This document shows positions 9,295 through 16,877 of a stretch of 64,000 nucleotides of DNA, in pieces. How positions within the stretch are numbered: position 1 is the first letter of the stretch; each line of letters begins with the position of its first letter. A program made the translations under genes and the position numbers. Origin of the DNA: Acutalibacteraceae bacterium. Its GTDB lineage: Bacteria; Bacillota; Clostridia; Oscillospirales; Acutalibacteraceae. Under the pieces are notes generated by a model, which made no database searches, was not told where the DNA came from, and worked only from the letters and a program-made list of their open reading frames with translations. The stretch is from NCBI GenBank assembly GCA_045535295.1, contig JAZSLI010000014.1, positions 55,613-119,612 on the forward strand, read 5' to 3'.

Positions 9295-11679
9295 ATGAGC
9301 TATAATATCGCAAGATATTTAAAAACCTTAGAGCTTGATAAGATTTTAGAGCTTTTATCAACAGAGGCAACCCTTGCTGATGCATCAGATTTAGCCAAAG
9401 AGCTTTTGCCTGAAACCGAAATCTCGGCCGTTTCGGCTAAGCTTTTAGAAACTGAGGATGCATATAATTTTATGTTACGCTATCAGTCACCCTCGTTCGG
9501 TGCTGTGGTTAATGTTTCCTCCTGCCTTTTAAGAGGTCAGTCAGGCGGTGTTTTAACACCAAGGGAGCTTTTAGATATTGCCGAGGTTTTGCGTGTTATT
9601 CGTTCTTTAAAGGAATGGAGAGCTAATTGCTCGGGAATAAAAGAAGCTTCGGTTGATACTTATTTTGATACACTATATCCAAATAAGTATTTAGAAGAAA
9701 AGATTTCCTTTGCAATTAAAAGTGAGGAGGAAATTTCGGATAATGCGTCACCGGCTCTTTATGATATTAGAAGAAAAATAATTGCAAAATCCTCTAAAAT
9801 CAGGGATATTCTCGATAAAATAATTCATGGACCATCTGTAAAATATTTACAAGAGGCAATTATTACTCAAAGGGATGGCAGATTTGTTGTTCCTGTTAAG
9901 GTTGAGCACAAGGGACAGTTTGGCGGCATTGTTCACGATACCTCTTCAACTGGATCAACGGTTTTTATAGAGCCTATGTCGGTTGTTGAAACAAACAACG
10001 AAATTAGGGTTTTAAAGCTGAGGGAGAAAGAGGAAATAGAAAGAATTTTAGCTGAGCTTTCGCAAGAGGCTGGTAGCTTTGCCGATTCAATTATTAACTC
10101 CTATAACGCTCTTATAAAGCTTAATTTGATTTTTGCAAAGGCTCGTCTTGCCTTTAAAATGAAGGCAATTGTTCCGAAAATCAATTCGGATGGTTACACA
10201 TATCTTAAAAATGCAAGACATCCTTTAATTAACTATAAATCGGTTGTTCCGATAACTGTTGAGTTGGGTAAGGAATATAACACATTGGTTATAACCGGTC
10301 CTAACACGGGCGGTAAAACTGTTACTCTTAAAACTCTTGGACTTTTGTCACTAATGACTATGTGCGGACTTATGATTCCCGCTGATGATGGCAGTAGTGT
10401 TGCCATTTATAGTAAAATTTTTGCCGATATCGGTGATGAGCAAAGTATTGAACAGTCACTTTCAACCTTTTCATCACATATGGTTAACATAATCTCTATT
10501 TTAGAAAATGCTGATCAGGATTCACTTGTTTTATTTGATGAGCTTTGTGCCGGCACCGACCCAATAGAGGGTGCAGCACTTGCAAAGGCTATTTTGATGA
10601 GGTTATCTATTTTTGGAAGCCGAGTTGCCGCAACAACCCATTATCCCGAGTTGAAGTCTTATGCCATTGATACTGCGGGTGCTCAAAATGCCTCCTGTGA
10701 GTTTGATGTTTCTTCCTTAAAGCCGACCTATCGTTTAATAACGGGTATGCCAGGTAGGTCTAACGCCTTTGCAATTTCCAAGCGTTTAGGGTTAGCTGAG
10801 GATATTATCGAAAACGCCAAGGCACAGGTTAGCGATGAGGATTTGAGGTTTGAAAATGTTGTTGCCGCATTAGAAAATGCGAGACATTCTGCCGAAAATG
10901 AGCAGCGCAAGGTATCTCAAATTAGAGCTGAATTAGAGGCTTTAAAGAAAAAGAATGAACAGCGTGAGCACGAGTTTCAGAAATCCCAAGAAAAACTGAT
11001 GGAAAAAACCCGTGAAACTGCTAATCAAATTTTAGAGAATGCCCGTTATAAATCATCCTTGCTTCTTAACGAATTAGAGGAAATGAAGAAGGAGCTTACT
11101 GCTAAAAATGCCACTGAGATGGCCGAAAATGCACGAAAAGCCTTTAAATCAACCATTAAGGAGTTAGAGAATGAAACCGATCCTGTTGTTAAGAAGAATG
11201 CGGCAGGTGAGTCAGTAGCAACCGTTAATAAGGGTGATATTGTCATTGTTGCCGATATCGGTAGAGATGCCACGGTTATTGATATTAAGAATGATAAAAA
11301 ACAAGCCTATGTTATGTCCGGTTCTATTAAAATGTGGGTTGATTTTGAAAATCTTAGGTATAAAAAGGGTCAAAATTCAACCGAAATTAAGAAAACACGT
11401 CGAGTTACAGGTATGCAATCAAGAGCAACCAGAGAGGTCTCGGGTGAGCTTGATATTAGAGGTATGGCATCCGATGAGGCGATATTAGAGCTTGATAGAT
11501 ATATAGATAATGCTATGGTTTCGGGACTTGAAACTATTAGAATTATTCACGGAAAGGGAACAGGGGTTCTTAGGAAAAGCGTTCAATCTCATTTAAAAGG
11601 TCATAAAGCAGTAAAGAGTTACCGTTTAGGCACCTTTGGTGAGGGTGAAAACGGGGTTACGGTTGTTGAACTAAACTGA
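9295..11679 (+). CDS. mutS2: Endonuclease MutS2 (MutS ATPase + C-terminal Smr domain)
   Basis: Walker A is GPNTGGKT. A long coiled-coil region is followed by a C-terminal Smr block (LDIRGM...IIHGKGTGVLR). I prefer the ATG at 9295, which has GGAGTGAGGG upstream. Confidence 0.9.
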   Translation: MSYNIARYLKTLELDKILELLSTEATLADASDLAKELLPETEISAVSAKLLETEDAYNFMLRYQSPSFGAVVNVSSCLLRGQSGGVLTPRELLDIAEVLRVIRSLKEWRANCSGIKEASVDTYFDTLYPNKYLEEKISFAIKSEEEISDNASPALYDIRRKIIAKSSKIRDILDKIIHGPSVKYLQEAIITQRDGRFVVPVKVEHKGQFGGIVHDTSSTGSTVFIEPMSVVETNNEIRVLKLREKEEIERILAELSQEAGSFADSIINSYNALIKLNLIFAKARLAFKMKAIVPKINSDGYTYLKNARHPLINYKSVVPITVELGKEYNTLVITGPNTGGKTVTLKTLGLLSLMTMCGLMIPADDGSSVAIYSKIFADIGDEQSIEQSLSTFSSHMVNIISILENADQDSLVLFDELCAGTDPIEGAALAKAILMRLSIFGSRVAATTHYPELKSYAIDTAGAQNASCEFDVSSLKPTYRLITGMPGRSNAFAISKRLGLAEDIIENAKAQVSDEDLRFENVVAALENARHSAENEQRKVSQIRAELEALKKKNEQREHEFQKSQEKLMEKTRETANQILENARYKSSLLLNELEEMKKELTAKNATEMAENARKAFKSTIKELENETDPVVKKNAAGESVATVNKGDIVIVADIGRDATVIDIKNDKKQAYVMSGSIKMWVDFENLRYKKGQNSTEIKKTRRVTGMQSRATREVSGELDIRGMASDEAILELDRYIDNAMVSGLETIRIIHGKGTGVLRKSVQSHLKGHKAVKSYRLGTFGEGENGVTVVELN

Positions 11680-11704
11680 TTTTTTAAAGGGGAATTTTAA
11701 AATA

Positions 11705-12271
11705 ATGGATGCGAGCAATACAAAAAACATTTATATTGTTATAACCCAAACGGGAACAGTGCTCTCAAGAATTCTTAAAAGAATAACCAAAGCGGAGTAT
11801 AACCATGTTTCATTGGGGCTTTCAGAGGATTTGCAAACGCTATATTCTTTTGGCAGAAAATTCGCAAGAAATCCTTTTATTGGGGGTTTTATCATTGAGT
11901 CGCCAAATTATGGAACTTTTAAGCACTTTTCAAACACAAAGGCACTTGTTTTAGCTTTACCGATTGAAAATGAAAAATTTGAGGCTATTTCTGAATTTAT
12001 AAATGATATGGTTTCTAATCGCAAGAAATATAAATACAACTATTTTGGGTTATGGTTTGCGGCTTTTAATCTTTGCTTAAAGTTCAATAATCGCTATTAT
12101 TGCTCAGAATTTGTAAGAGATGTTTTGAAAAAATTCGAGATTGAGGGTAGCGATAAAATGGAGGATATCGTTCAGCCAATTCATTTTTTGGATATACCAA
12201 ACACAACTGAATATTATTGCGGCAAGCTTTCAAAATTTGCCGATAAAAATTATGTATATACATATAAATGA
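11705..12271 (+). CDS. Hypothetical protein, possibly a permuted papain-like (YiiX/C92-type) amidase
   Basis: A His-containing block (YNHVSLG) precedes a Cys block (YYCSEFV). This matches the permuted NlpC/P60 order, recognised by motif only. Confidence 0.35.
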   Translation: MDASNTKNIYIVITQTGTVLSRILKRITKAEYNHVSLGLSEDLQTLYSFGRKFARNPFIGGFIIESPNYGTFKHFSNTKALVLALPIENEKFEAISEFINDMVSNRKKYKYNYFGLWFAAFNLCLKFNNRYYCSEFVRDVLKKFEIEGSDKMEDIVQPIHFLDIPNTTEYYCGKLSKFADKNYVYTYK

Positions 12272-12368
12272 AAAAGTTCATTCACAAGAATGAGCTTTTT
12301 TATTTATGCCTATAAGCGACATTATTTTTAAATTAAAAGTTGTATAATAAAATCACCGTTTTATTGGG

Positions 12369-13208
12369 GTGATATTTTTGATAGTTTATGTTGATATTTT
12401 GGTTATCTTAAATGTTGCGGTTGATTATTTGTTGTTATTAACCAGTGCCAAAATTTTAGGTAAAAAAGTAAAGACTTTAAGGCTTGTGCTTTCTTCGTTA
12501 TTAGGCGGAGTTTCCTGTATCTACATATTTTTACCCTCTGTTTCGCTCTTTGGTGAGATAATCTATAAAATATTAATTTCGCTATTGCTTTCATTAGTGG
12601 CATTTGGTTTTAATTCGCTAAAAGCTTACATTAAATCATTTTTAGCGGTTTTTGTAGTTTCTTCCTGTTATGCGGGGCTTATGTTGGCGGTTTGGCAAAT
12701 ATTTAAGCCAGGCAGAATGATAGTTAAAAATTCAGTTGTTTATTTTGATATTTCTCCCATTGTTTTGGTAATAGCAACAACAATTTTCTATTTTTGTTTT
12801 ACCATTATTAATAATATCTTTTCAAAGAACGCACCCTTTGCAAGAGAATGCGAAATAACGGTAGCAGTAGGGGAAAGGAGAATGGAATTAAAAGCAATTC
12901 TCGACACAGGAAATTCGCTTACCGACTTCTTTGGTAATAGTGAGATAATTATTACTGATAAAAATTTAGTTGAAGGACTTCTTGGTTCACTTGATAAAGA
13001 GAGCAATACTGAGCTTTCAAGAAGATATCGTGCGATACCTTGCAGTACTGTTTCGGGAAACGATATGCTTGACGGCTTTCGCTGCGATACCGCTGTCGTT
13101 TGCAAAGAAAAGAAAAGTATAACATTAAAAAAACCTATTTTAGCGGTTGCTAAAAGCGATATAAAAGATGGCTATAACGCTATTGTCAATCCAAAAATTT
13201 TTGAATGA
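12369..13208 (+). CDS. spoIIGA: Sporulation sigma-E processing aspartic protease SpoIIGA
   Basis: The N-terminal half is polytopic membrane. The DTGNS active-site motif is present, and the gene lies immediately upstream of a pro-sigma-E gene. Confidence 0.85.
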   Translation: MIFLIVYVDILVILNVAVDYLLLLTSAKILGKKVKTLRLVLSSLLGGVSCIYIFLPSVSLFGEIIYKILISLLLSLVAFGFNSLKAYIKSFLAVFVVSSCYAGLMLAVWQIFKPGRMIVKNSVVYFDISPIVLVIATTIFYFCFTIINNIFSKNAPFARECEITVAVGERRMELKAILDTGNSLTDFFGNSEIIITDKNLVEGLLGSLDKESNTELSRRYRAIPCSTVSGNDMLDGFRCDTAVVCKEKKSITLKKPILAVAKSDIKDGYNAIVNPKIFE

Positions 13209-13218
13209 GGTTGCTATT

Positions 13219-13911
13219 ATGAAATTAAGATTATTTTTTATAAAATTATTAGCTAAAATAGGCTTACTAAAACCGATATTTTATATAAACGGTCCTCAAA
13301 CACTTCCGCCACCCTTATCTCATGATGAGGAAAACAGTTTAATTTTGGAAAACACAAATGCCGCAAGGGATAAACTGATAGTTCATAATTTGCGCTTGGT
13401 TGTTTATATTGCTAAGAAATTTGATGCAACCGCAGGAAATTTAGAGGATTTAATTTCGATAGGCACAATAGGGCTTATTAAGGCAGTTAATACGTTCAGA
13501 GCTGATAAAAATATTAAGCTTGCAACCTATGCTTCAAGATGTATTGAAAATGAAATTTTAATGTTTTTAAGAAAAACCTCATCGCTTAAAAATGAAATTT
13601 CGATTGATGAACCCCTTAATATTGATTGGGACGGTAATGAGCTATTGCTTTGTGATGTATTAGGTAGCGATGGCGATGAAATCGGCAGGGAAATAGAGCA
13701 AGAGGATGAGCGACTTCAACTTAATGAATTTGTTAAAAGGTTACCTGTTAGGGAGAAACAAATAATGGAAATGAGATTTGGAATGAATGGGTATGAGGAA
13801 TATACACAAAAAGAGGTTGCAGATACCTTAGGAATTTCACAGTCATACATTTCAAGGCTCGAAAAAAGAATAATAATAAAATTAAAAAAACAAATTGAAA
13901 AAGCGGTTTGA
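13219..13911 (+). CDS. sigE: Sporulation sigma factor SigE (pro-sigma-E)
   Basis: The pro-sequence ends near the PPPLS-x-EE block. Sigma-70 regions 2 and 4 are recognisable ([34 protein letters not shown]). I prefer the ATG at 13219 over the ORF-track start, which overlaps spoIIGA. Confidence 0.9.
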   Translation: MKLRLFFIKLLAKIGLLKPIFYINGPQTLPPPLSHDEENSLILENTNAARDKLIVHNLRLVVYIAKKFDATAGNLEDLISIGTIGLIKAVNTFRADKNIKLATYASRCIENEILMFLRKTSSLKNEISIDEPLNIDWDGNELLLCDVLGSDGDEIGREIEQEDERLQLNEFVKRLPVREKQIMEMRFGMNGYEEYTQKEVADTLGISQSYISRLEKRIIIKLKKQIEKAV

Positions 13912-13923
13912 ATGTGTTATAAT
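13895..13923 (+). promoter_or_regulatory. Near-consensus sigma-A promoter with extended -10, overlapping the sigE stop codon
   Basis: TTGAAA (13895-13900) is followed by a 17-nt spacer ending in TGT, then TATAAT (13918-13923). Confidence 0.5.
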
Positions 13924-13929
13924 GAGTAT

Positions 13930-14125
13930 AGAATGTCGAAACGCTTTTAGCGTTTCAACAAGCCGATTTTATCGGTTTTCGCGCAATTAAATTTCTTGAT
14001 ATTTAATTGCGCTCTACATTCATTGTAATGGGTATATACAAATTTTCACTGAAAATTTGTTACCGGTTCAAAGATTTGGTGTCGAAATAGTGAGATTTCC
14101 CACTATTTCGTCATACTATAACCAT
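13930..14125 (+). ncRNA. Hairpin-dense untranslated region (long structured leader of the DUF1294 gene, or a separate small RNA)
   Basis: Five consecutive stem-loops are visible: 13938-13956 (7 bp), 13962-13980 (5-6 bp plus TTTT), 13981-14012 (12 bp perfect), 14039-14059 (9 bp perfect) and 14083-14110 (10 bp perfect). There is no ORF. Confidence 0.3.
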
Positions 14126-14146
14126 TATAATCACTGAGGAGATTAT

Positions 14147-14425
14147 ATGATTCCGTGCAAACTTTTTTTAATTTATTTTATTATAATAAGCTTTTTGGGG
14201 GCAATAATTACAATATACGATAAAATTGCTTCAAAAAAGAGGATAAAACGAATAAGTGAAATTGCTTTATTTGGTGTTGGAATTATGGGTGGCGCATTAG
14301 TAATGTTTTTAACTATGCGCCTTATTCATCATAAAACAAGGCATAGATCATTTATGAAGGGATTTCCTGTTATTTTTTTGTTACAATTTATATTTTTGAT
14401 TATTAATGCGGACATTTTTTATTGA
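14147..14425 (+). CDS. DUF1294 family membrane protein
   Basis: The pattern YDK-x-x-SKK-x-x-x-RISE, then GG-x-x-x-x-F-x-x-M-R-x-x-HKTRH, is typical of DUF1294. The protein is small and hydrophobic. Confidence 0.75.
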   Translation: MIPCKLFLIYFIIISFLGAIITIYDKIASKKRIKRISEIALFGVGIMGGALVMFLTMRLIHHKTRHRSFMKGFPVIFLLQFIFLIINADIFY

Positions 14426-14449
14426 TTTTCAAAAAAATCGAAACTTTCT

Positions 14450-14479
14450 ATTGACAATTAAACCCCACATTGATATAAT
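14450..14479 (+). promoter_or_regulatory. Promoter of tRNA-Lys
   Basis: TTGACA (14450-14455) is followed by an 18-nt spacer and TATAAT (14474-14479), about 30 nt upstream of the tRNA 5' end. Confidence 0.55.
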
Positions 14480-14507
14480 ATTAAAGCTGTCCAAATTCAG
14501 CAATTTT

Positions 14508-14583
14508 GATTCATTAGCTCAGTTGGCAGAGCACTTGACTTTTAATCAAGGTGTCCGGGGTTCGAATCCCCGATGGATCACCA
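14508..14583 (+). tRNA. tRNA-Lys (anticodon UUU), CCA encoded
   Basis: A cloverleaf was built by hand. The acceptor stem is gattcat/atggatc, the D arm is gctc-agttggcaga-gagc, the anticodon stem is cttga/tcaag with loop cTTTTaa, and the T arm is cgggg-ttcgaat-ccccg. The sequence ends in a plus cca. Confidence 0.95.
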
Positions 14584-14605
14584 AACGACATATTGTCGAA
14601 CAAAG

Positions 14606-14638
14606 TAGCGTTCCATAAGGGACGCTATTTTGTTTTTG
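14606..14638 (+). terminator. Rho-independent terminator after tRNA-Lys
   Basis: The stem is tagcgt...acgcta, followed by TTTTGTTTTTG. Confidence 0.65.
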
Positions 14639-14705
14639 TAGAGTTTCTTATATAAAGCAAGAGCAGACCGCCCTACATTGATTGTAGAGCGGTCTGTTTT
14701 GCATA

Positions 14706-15122
14706 TTAAAAAGACAAATCGCCGTCGTCGTCAATTTCGGTAAAATCAGCCGTAGGAACGGTAAATTCTTCCTCTGGTCCCTCAAATTGATTCGCAGAGA
14801 AATTGACATACATTGATTTCATTGTGTTTGATTTAGGTGTGTGAAGATAGACACAAGAGATTGGTACACCTTTCTCGTAAGCATCAATGCAAAGTTGATA
14901 GTCGGGGTTGGGGTATTTGTTGTCGCCTTTCCCTTTTCTTTCAAATACCATAATATTTATGTATTCGGAGCCATAACTATCAAAAGATTTCATTCCTATT
15001 GTCAAGAAACACTCTTTATCCTTTGTGGCAGGCTTATACCATATCTTTTGGATATATCCACCCAAATGTTGATTTTCTTCGCCATTTCTTGTATTGGCAT
15101 TTGTAATTGATTTTGCTTTCAT
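14706..15122 (-). CDS. Hypothetical 138-aa protein with an SSB-like acidic C-terminal tip (possible non-canonical OB-fold ssDNA-binding protein)
   Basis: The C-terminus EIDDDGDLSF resembles the D-D-D-[IL]-P-F tip of bacterial SSB. The body has beta-rich segments such as INIMVFER and GVPISCVYLH. It lacks the canonical SSB N-terminus. Confidence 0.35.
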   Translation of the reverse strand: MKAKSITNANTRNGEENQHLGGYIQKIWYKPATKDKECFLTIGMKSFDSYGSEYINIMVFERKGKGDNKYPNPDYQLCIDAYEKGVPISCVYLHTPKSNTMKSMYVNFSANQFEGPEEEFTVPTADFTEIDDDGDLSF

Positions 15123-15194
15123 TTAAATCAATCCTTTCTTTAAATATTTTTATTTTAAACTTAATAAGATATTTTAAAAAAATCAAGAATAGGC

Positions 15195-15350
15195 AAGATA
15201 ATATTATTTAACTAATCAAGCAAATACTTTTTACCCTGTTTAAGACAGTTAACTATTATCTTTATGAAAGATAATATCTATTACTTATTTTAAGTACACT
15301 AGTAATTACTTAACAAAGTATATTAATAATTACTTATTAGAAGATAATAT
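15195..15350. repeat. Three copies of AAGATAATAT at exactly 73-bp phasing; the middle copy is part of a 10+3+10 perfect palindrome
   Basis: Copies lie at 15195-15204, 15268-15277 and 15341-15350. The palindrome TATTATCTTT-atg-AAAGATAATA spans 15254-15276. All sit in the AT-rich spacer between the integrase stop and the start of the SSB-tip gene. Confidence 0.7.
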
Positions 15351-15431
15351 TTAAATAACTTATTAAGATATTAATTAATTAACTTGTTGCGATTTTTTTG
15401 TCAAGAAAAAATGAGAACTTTTTTCAAGCCC

Positions 15432-16319
15432 TCATTTTTTGCTATGCAAATATGTATCTTCAAGGTCTTTTCTATCTTCGCCGTGACCGAGTGCGACCAT
15501 TGTTTTTGCGACCCCGTTTTTCTCTGCAAATTGCTCTGCCCATAATTTGCGAATTGAATGCACACCACTTTTGACTTCGCCGTTAGGTGTGTAAATATTC
15601 AGTTTTTCGCAACGGCGACGAAGATAACGATTGACCGACCCTTTCTTGACACCGAAAACCTTGTCTTGTGGGTTCTTGCCCTTGATTTGTTCACGGAGCA
15701 GTTTGGCCGTTTCTTCGCTCATAGATAGCACCCTTGTTCTATTACCCTTATCTTTGAAAATAGTGATTTCTTTGTTCTTAAAGTCTATGTGACGAACTTC
15801 AAGTCGTTCAAGGGTGTTGACCCTGACTCCCGTTTGAAAGGCGAAATTAAGGGCGATAAGACTATCGCAAGAACGGGGTGCAGCGAGTATCTTTTCCATT
15901 TCTGCACGGGTAAAAGAAAATTGCTTTATTGTTTCGGTTTTCTCAATCTTGCTTTCATCAACCGACACAGAATAATCGGTTCGGATATTAAAAGTCTTGT
16001 TTACACATTTTGAGATTTTAAGAAAATTGCTTTGATAGGTTTTAATCGTTTTCAAAGAACAACCTTCAGCTGACTTTCGCTCAATATACGATTGGCACAT
16101 ATCGGGGGTTATTTGCTTTACTTGTTTAACCCCGTATTCACTTTTGATAAAAGTAGAGAAATCGTGAGCAAAGTCTTTGAGGTTGCTTTTAGCAGATAAT
16201 GATTTGACAATATGACTGCTATCTGTTTCAGGGTTTGATTTATCTCCGTGCTTATTGAAATGATGACGATAATTTAAATCTATCGCACTATTAAATTGAT
16301 AAAAAAGTGATTTTGACAT
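15432..16319 (-). CDS. Tyrosine site-specific recombinase (phage integrase family)
   Basis: An N-terminal SAM-like core-binding block is present (ITPDMCQSYIERKSAEGCSLKTIKTYQ). Catalytic candidates are R in GVRVNTLERL, H-x-x-R in HSIRKLW, H in LGHG and Y in DTYLH. I prefer the ATG at 16319 (MSKSLF), which has AAGGGG 8 nt upstream. Confidence 0.85.
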   Translation of the reverse strand: MSKSLFYQFNSAIDLNYRHHFNKHGDKSNPETDSSHIVKSLSAKSNLKDFAHDFSTFIKSEYGVKQVKQITPDMCQSYIERKSAEGCSLKTIKTYQSNFLKISKCVNKTFNIRTDYSVSVDESKIEKTETIKQFSFTRAEMEKILAAPRSCDSLIALNFAFQTGVRVNTLERLEVRHIDFKNKEITIFKDKGNRTRVLSMSEETAKLLREQIKGKNPQDKVFGVKKGSVNRYLRRRCEKLNIYTPNGEVKSGVHSIRKLWAEQFAEKNGVAKTMVALGHGEDRKDLEDTYLHSKK

Positions 16320-16352
16320 TTTTGTCGCCCCTTTTGTTGTTAGTGTCGTCAT

Positions 16353-16735
16353 TGTCGAGTGAACGCCGAGCGTCCACTCGTTAATGACGACCTAATTTAT
16401 CTATAATGAAAGGGCACCGAACCATTGTCTGACACCCTTTTTGTATCGTTATATTGTTCAGATGAAAGGCAAACGGTGCCGTCGCACCTTGCCCCAAAAC
16501 AACGGCAAATGCCGTCGATAAACCGAACTATCGTGTCGGTTAAGTGTCGCACAATCGCCCCACGATAATGGGCGATTAAGGGCGAACGTCATGGTGGTGT
16601 GCCTTTGAGATTTCGTTTGCAGTCAAGCGGCGGCACACAACACACGACTTGGGATTAATGTGTGTAGTTTTCTGTCTTGTGTGTGATTTTCAAAGATAAA
16701 ATATTGCTCCTTCCTTTATTCTTTTTTAATTTCTC
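16353..16735. other. G+C-rich, ORF-free, hairpin-dense segment upstream of the tyrosine recombinase gene (candidate structured RNA, att/oriT-like site or decayed foreign DNA)
   Basis: At least six stems are visible: 16356-16380, 16468-16493, 16502-16515, 16522-16540, 16554-16576 and 16597-16638. A hand count gives 76 G+C in a central 136 nt, against AT-rich flanks. A GTCGCAC-n3/4-GCCCCA motif occurs twice. The longest ORF is 44 aa. Confidence 0.4.
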
Positions 16736-16805
16736 CTACAATGTATTATCGAATACAATATTAGAATTACATGATTTTTTTAAAAAATCAAGAAAGATAT
16801 AAAAA

Positions 16806-16833
16806 ATGCTCGGACCGATTAAAGTCCGAGCAT
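16806..16833. terminator. Bidirectional rho-independent terminator (serves the lipoprotein gene on the minus strand)
   Basis: A 10-bp stem (atgctcggac / gtccgagcat) is flanked by an A-run on one side and a T-run on the other. Confidence 0.7.
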
Positions 16834-16877
16834 TTTTTGACAATTTATAAGTGAATTTGTTTTTTAATGAAATATTC

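Noticed and set aside
14406-14618. A 70-aa plus-strand ORF in the ORF track.
   Set aside because: It runs straight through the tRNA-Lys promoter and the tRNA gene itself (14508-14583). It has no RBS, and the tRNA cloverleaf fully explains the sequence.
14663-14700. The hairpin cagaccgc...gcggtctg between the tRNA terminator and the SSB-tip gene, considered as an att core.
   Set aside because: Its position and its short TTTT tail fit a simple bidirectional terminator for the minus-strand SSB-tip gene. I found no second copy elsewhere in the island.
16458-16592. A 44-aa minus-strand ORF (MTFALNRPLSWGDCATLNRHDSSVYRRHLPLFWGKVRRHRLPFI) inside the G+C-rich segment.
   Set aside because: It has no convincing RBS. 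Its Arg/His/Trp/Cys-rich composition is typical of a random frame in G+C-rich DNA. It overlaps several stems. I keep it only as a remote possibility.
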